The notes beneath the pieces were generated by a model. It had not been told where the DNA came from. It saw nothing but the letters and a program-made list of their open reading frames with translations, and searched no databases. Below are positions 61,055 through 64,000 of a DNA stretch of 64,000 bases, piece by piece. Source of the DNA: an uncultured Gemmatimonadaceae bacterium (GTDB lineage Bacteria > Gemmatimonadota > Gemmatimonadetes > Gemmatimonadales > Gemmatimonadaceae); NCBI GenBank assembly GCA_963761305.1, contig CAVXGK010000002.1, positions 2,144,001-2,208,000 on the forward strand, read 5' to 3'. The position numbers were made by a program, and so were the translations under genes. Position 1 is the stretch's first letter. Each line of letters opens with the position of its first letter.

Positions 61055-61174
61055 GTCCACCTGTCCACCTGTCCACCTGTCCACCTGTCCACCTGTCCAC
61101 CTGTCCACCTGTCCACCTGTCCACCTGTCCACCTGTCCACCTGTCCACCTGTCCACCTGTCCACCTGTCCACCT
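61055..61174 (+). repeat. Perfect tandem array (GTCCACCT)x15
   Basis: 120 bp = 15 exact 8-mers, ending 4 nt before the ilvE ATG. Confidence 0.95.
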
Positions 61175-61178
61175 GATC

Positions 61179-62141
61179 ATGGCTCCCTTCATCAAATCCG
61201 ATTTTATCTGGCTCAACGGCGAGCTCGTTCGCTGGGCCGACGCCACGATCAACGTCAGCGCGCACGCGCTCCAGTACGGCACCGGCGTGTTCGAGGGGAT
61301 GCGCAGCTACGAAACGCCCGACGGGCCGGCGATCTTCCGTCTCGACGCGCACATCCGGCGGCTGTTCATGTCGGCGTCGTTCTACGAGATCGGCATTCCG
61401 TTCAGCTTCGATCAACTGTGCGCCGCGTCGCTCGACGTCGTTCGTGCCAACGGCCTCACCAACGCGTATCTCCGTCCGCTGGCATTCTTCGACTCGTACA
61501 GCTTCGCCGTCTGGCCGAAGGACTGTCCCGTGAGCGTGGCGATCATCGCCGTGCCCGGGAAGCCGTATTTCCAGGGTGAATCGAACCGCGGGGTGCGGAC
61601 CACTCTGTCGTCGGTCAGCCGCATCGATGCGTCGACGCTGCCGCCGTTCGTCAAGGCGTGCGGCCACTACACGAACTCGGTCCGCGCCGTGCAGGAGGCC
61701 ATTCGCCGCGGCTATGACGACGCGATTCTGCTCAACTCCAAGGGGGACGTCGCCGAGGGGTCGGGTGCCAACCTGTTCGTCGTGCGCGACGGCACGTTGA
61801 TCACGAACGACGTCGACGCGTCGATCGTCATGGGCATCACCCGCGACAGCGTCCTCACCATCGCGCGCGGACTCGAGATTCCCGTCACCGTGCGTCCGAT
61901 CAGCACGAGCGACATCGCGCTCGCCGACGAGCTGTTCTTCTCGGGCACGGCGGTCGAGATCATGCCGATCACCGAAGTCGACGGACGCACGATAGGCGAC
62001 GGGCGCCCAGGGATGGTCACCAAGCGGGTGCAGCAGATGTTCTTCGACGCGGTGTACGGCCGGTCGGACCGGTATCGCGACTGGCTCGCCTACGCGTCGC
62101 ACGGCGCGCCGGCAACCGCCGAAGCGGTCGCCGGCGTCTGA
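61179..62141 (+). CDS. ilvE: Branched-chain amino acid aminotransferase
   Basis: HALQYGTGVFEG, FRLDAH..RL, YLRP, K..GHY.NS, EGSGANLF, GITR, ELFFSGTA.EI.P. Confidence 0.95.
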   Translation: MAPFIKSDFIWLNGELVRWADATINVSAHALQYGTGVFEGMRSYETPDGPAIFRLDAHIRRLFMSASFYEIGIPFSFDQLCAASLDVVRANGLTNAYLRPLAFFDSYSFAVWPKDCPVSVAIIAVPGKPYFQGESNRGVRTTLSSVSRIDASTLPPFVKACGHYTNSVRAVQEAIRRGYDDAILLNSKGDVAEGSGANLFVVRDGTLITNDVDASIVMGITRDSVLTIARGLEIPVTVRPISTSDIALADELFFSGTAVEIMPITEVDGRTIGDGRPGMVTKRVQQMFFDAVYGRSDRYRDWLAYASHGAPATAEAVAGV

Positions 62142-62183
62142 GACTCTGAGCCGCGCGAGCGAAGTGCAGTAGCGCGGATCGCG

Positions 62184-62684
62184 CTACTGCTGCGACGACA
62201 GGAGTTGAACGGTGAAGACGAGCGTCGCGTTGCTGGGAATCGACGGCTGGTTTCCGGTCGTGCCGTAGCCCAGCGACGAGCCGATCACCAGTCGTCGCGT
62301 GCTGCCGACGCGCATGCCGACGAGTCCCTCGTCCCAGCCCTTGATGACTTGCCCTTCGCCAAGTCTTAACGGGAACGGCGTCTTGCCGACGTTGCTGTCG
62401 AATTGCGTTCCGTTGGCGAGCCAGCCGATGTAGGTCACGTTAAGACTGTCTCCCGATGCCGCGACCCCGCCGCTGCCGACGACGAGATCCTGGATGTAGA
62501 GCGAACTCGAAAGCTTGGTCATCGCCGAGAGGTCGACGCCGAGCGACGACGCGAACGTCGTCGTCGCCGGGTCGGAGCCGGGCGGCGAGTCCGAGGTGGA
62601 AGACGTCGAGTCCGAACAACTCGCCACCAGCGCGACCAGCGCGACCAGCGCGAACGCGGCCGCAAAAATTCCTTTGTGCGACAA
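62184..62684 (-). CDS. FKBP-type peptidyl-prolyl isomerase (lipoprotein)
   Basis: Lipobox VASC; V.Y.G.L..G..FDS, VIKGWDEG, LGYG, IPSNATLVF.V.L; start approximate (TTG). Confidence 0.9.
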   Translation of the reverse strand: MSHKGIFAAAFALVALVALVASCSDSTSSTSDSPPGSDPATTTFASSLGVDLSAMTKLSSSLYIQDLVVGSGGVAASGDSLNVTYIGWLANGTQFDSNVGKTPFPLRLGEGQVIKGWDEGLVGMRVGSTRRLVIGSSLGYGTTGNQPSIPSNATLVFTVQLLSSQQ

Positions 62685-62709
62685 ATTCAATTCCTGGAAG
62701 AGTGTCCAG

Positions 62710-64000
<1,291 letters not shown>

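Noticed and set aside
61055..61174. Possible CRISPR array or repeat-encoded peptide (PPVHLSTC / RWTGGQVD)
   Set aside because: An 8-bp unit without spacers and no cas genes; the peptide repeats are just translations of the octamer.
62622..62652. 9-bp tandem repeat (GCGACCAGC-type)
   Set aside because: Simply encodes ALV-ALV-ALV in the FKBP signal peptide.

Overview
High-GC bacterial chromosomal segment. Gene content (Tat amidases with Gly-rich inserts, orphan GvpF/L proteins, YpdA, alpha2-type GlyRS, CarboxypepD_reg/TonB proteins) suggests a Gemmatimonadota-like organism, which is an inference. It holds about 55 mostly housekeeping or accessory genes: peptidoglycan recycling (amidase, anmK, murQ, dipeptide epimerase), priA, glyQS, trpS, purA, ftcD, ilvE, a pilT/U-like ATPase, four histidine kinases, a PP2C phosphatase, a Ser/Thr kinase, a VapBC-type TA pair and a GMC/subunit-3/TIM-barrel sugar-oxidation cluster. 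I saw no rRNA, tRNA, CRISPR array, integrase or transposase. Most notable: (1) a co-oriented cluster of GAF kinase, small unknown protein, ubiquitin-like protein, HDAC-family deacetylase, GvpF/L-like protein ending in GG and zinc-ribbon Ser/Thr kinase, plus a second GvpF/L beside a PAS kinase, with no gvpA in the window; (2) one uninterrupted ORF fusing an alkaline-phosphatase-superfamily enzyme to a TonB-dependent receptor through an internal signal-peptide-like segment; (3) an intrinsic terminator directly behind the putative purA promoter; (4) several families of long intergenic palindromes and an 8-bp repeat family including a perfect 15-copy array abutting ilvE. Start codons were chosen by eye and are approximate where stated.
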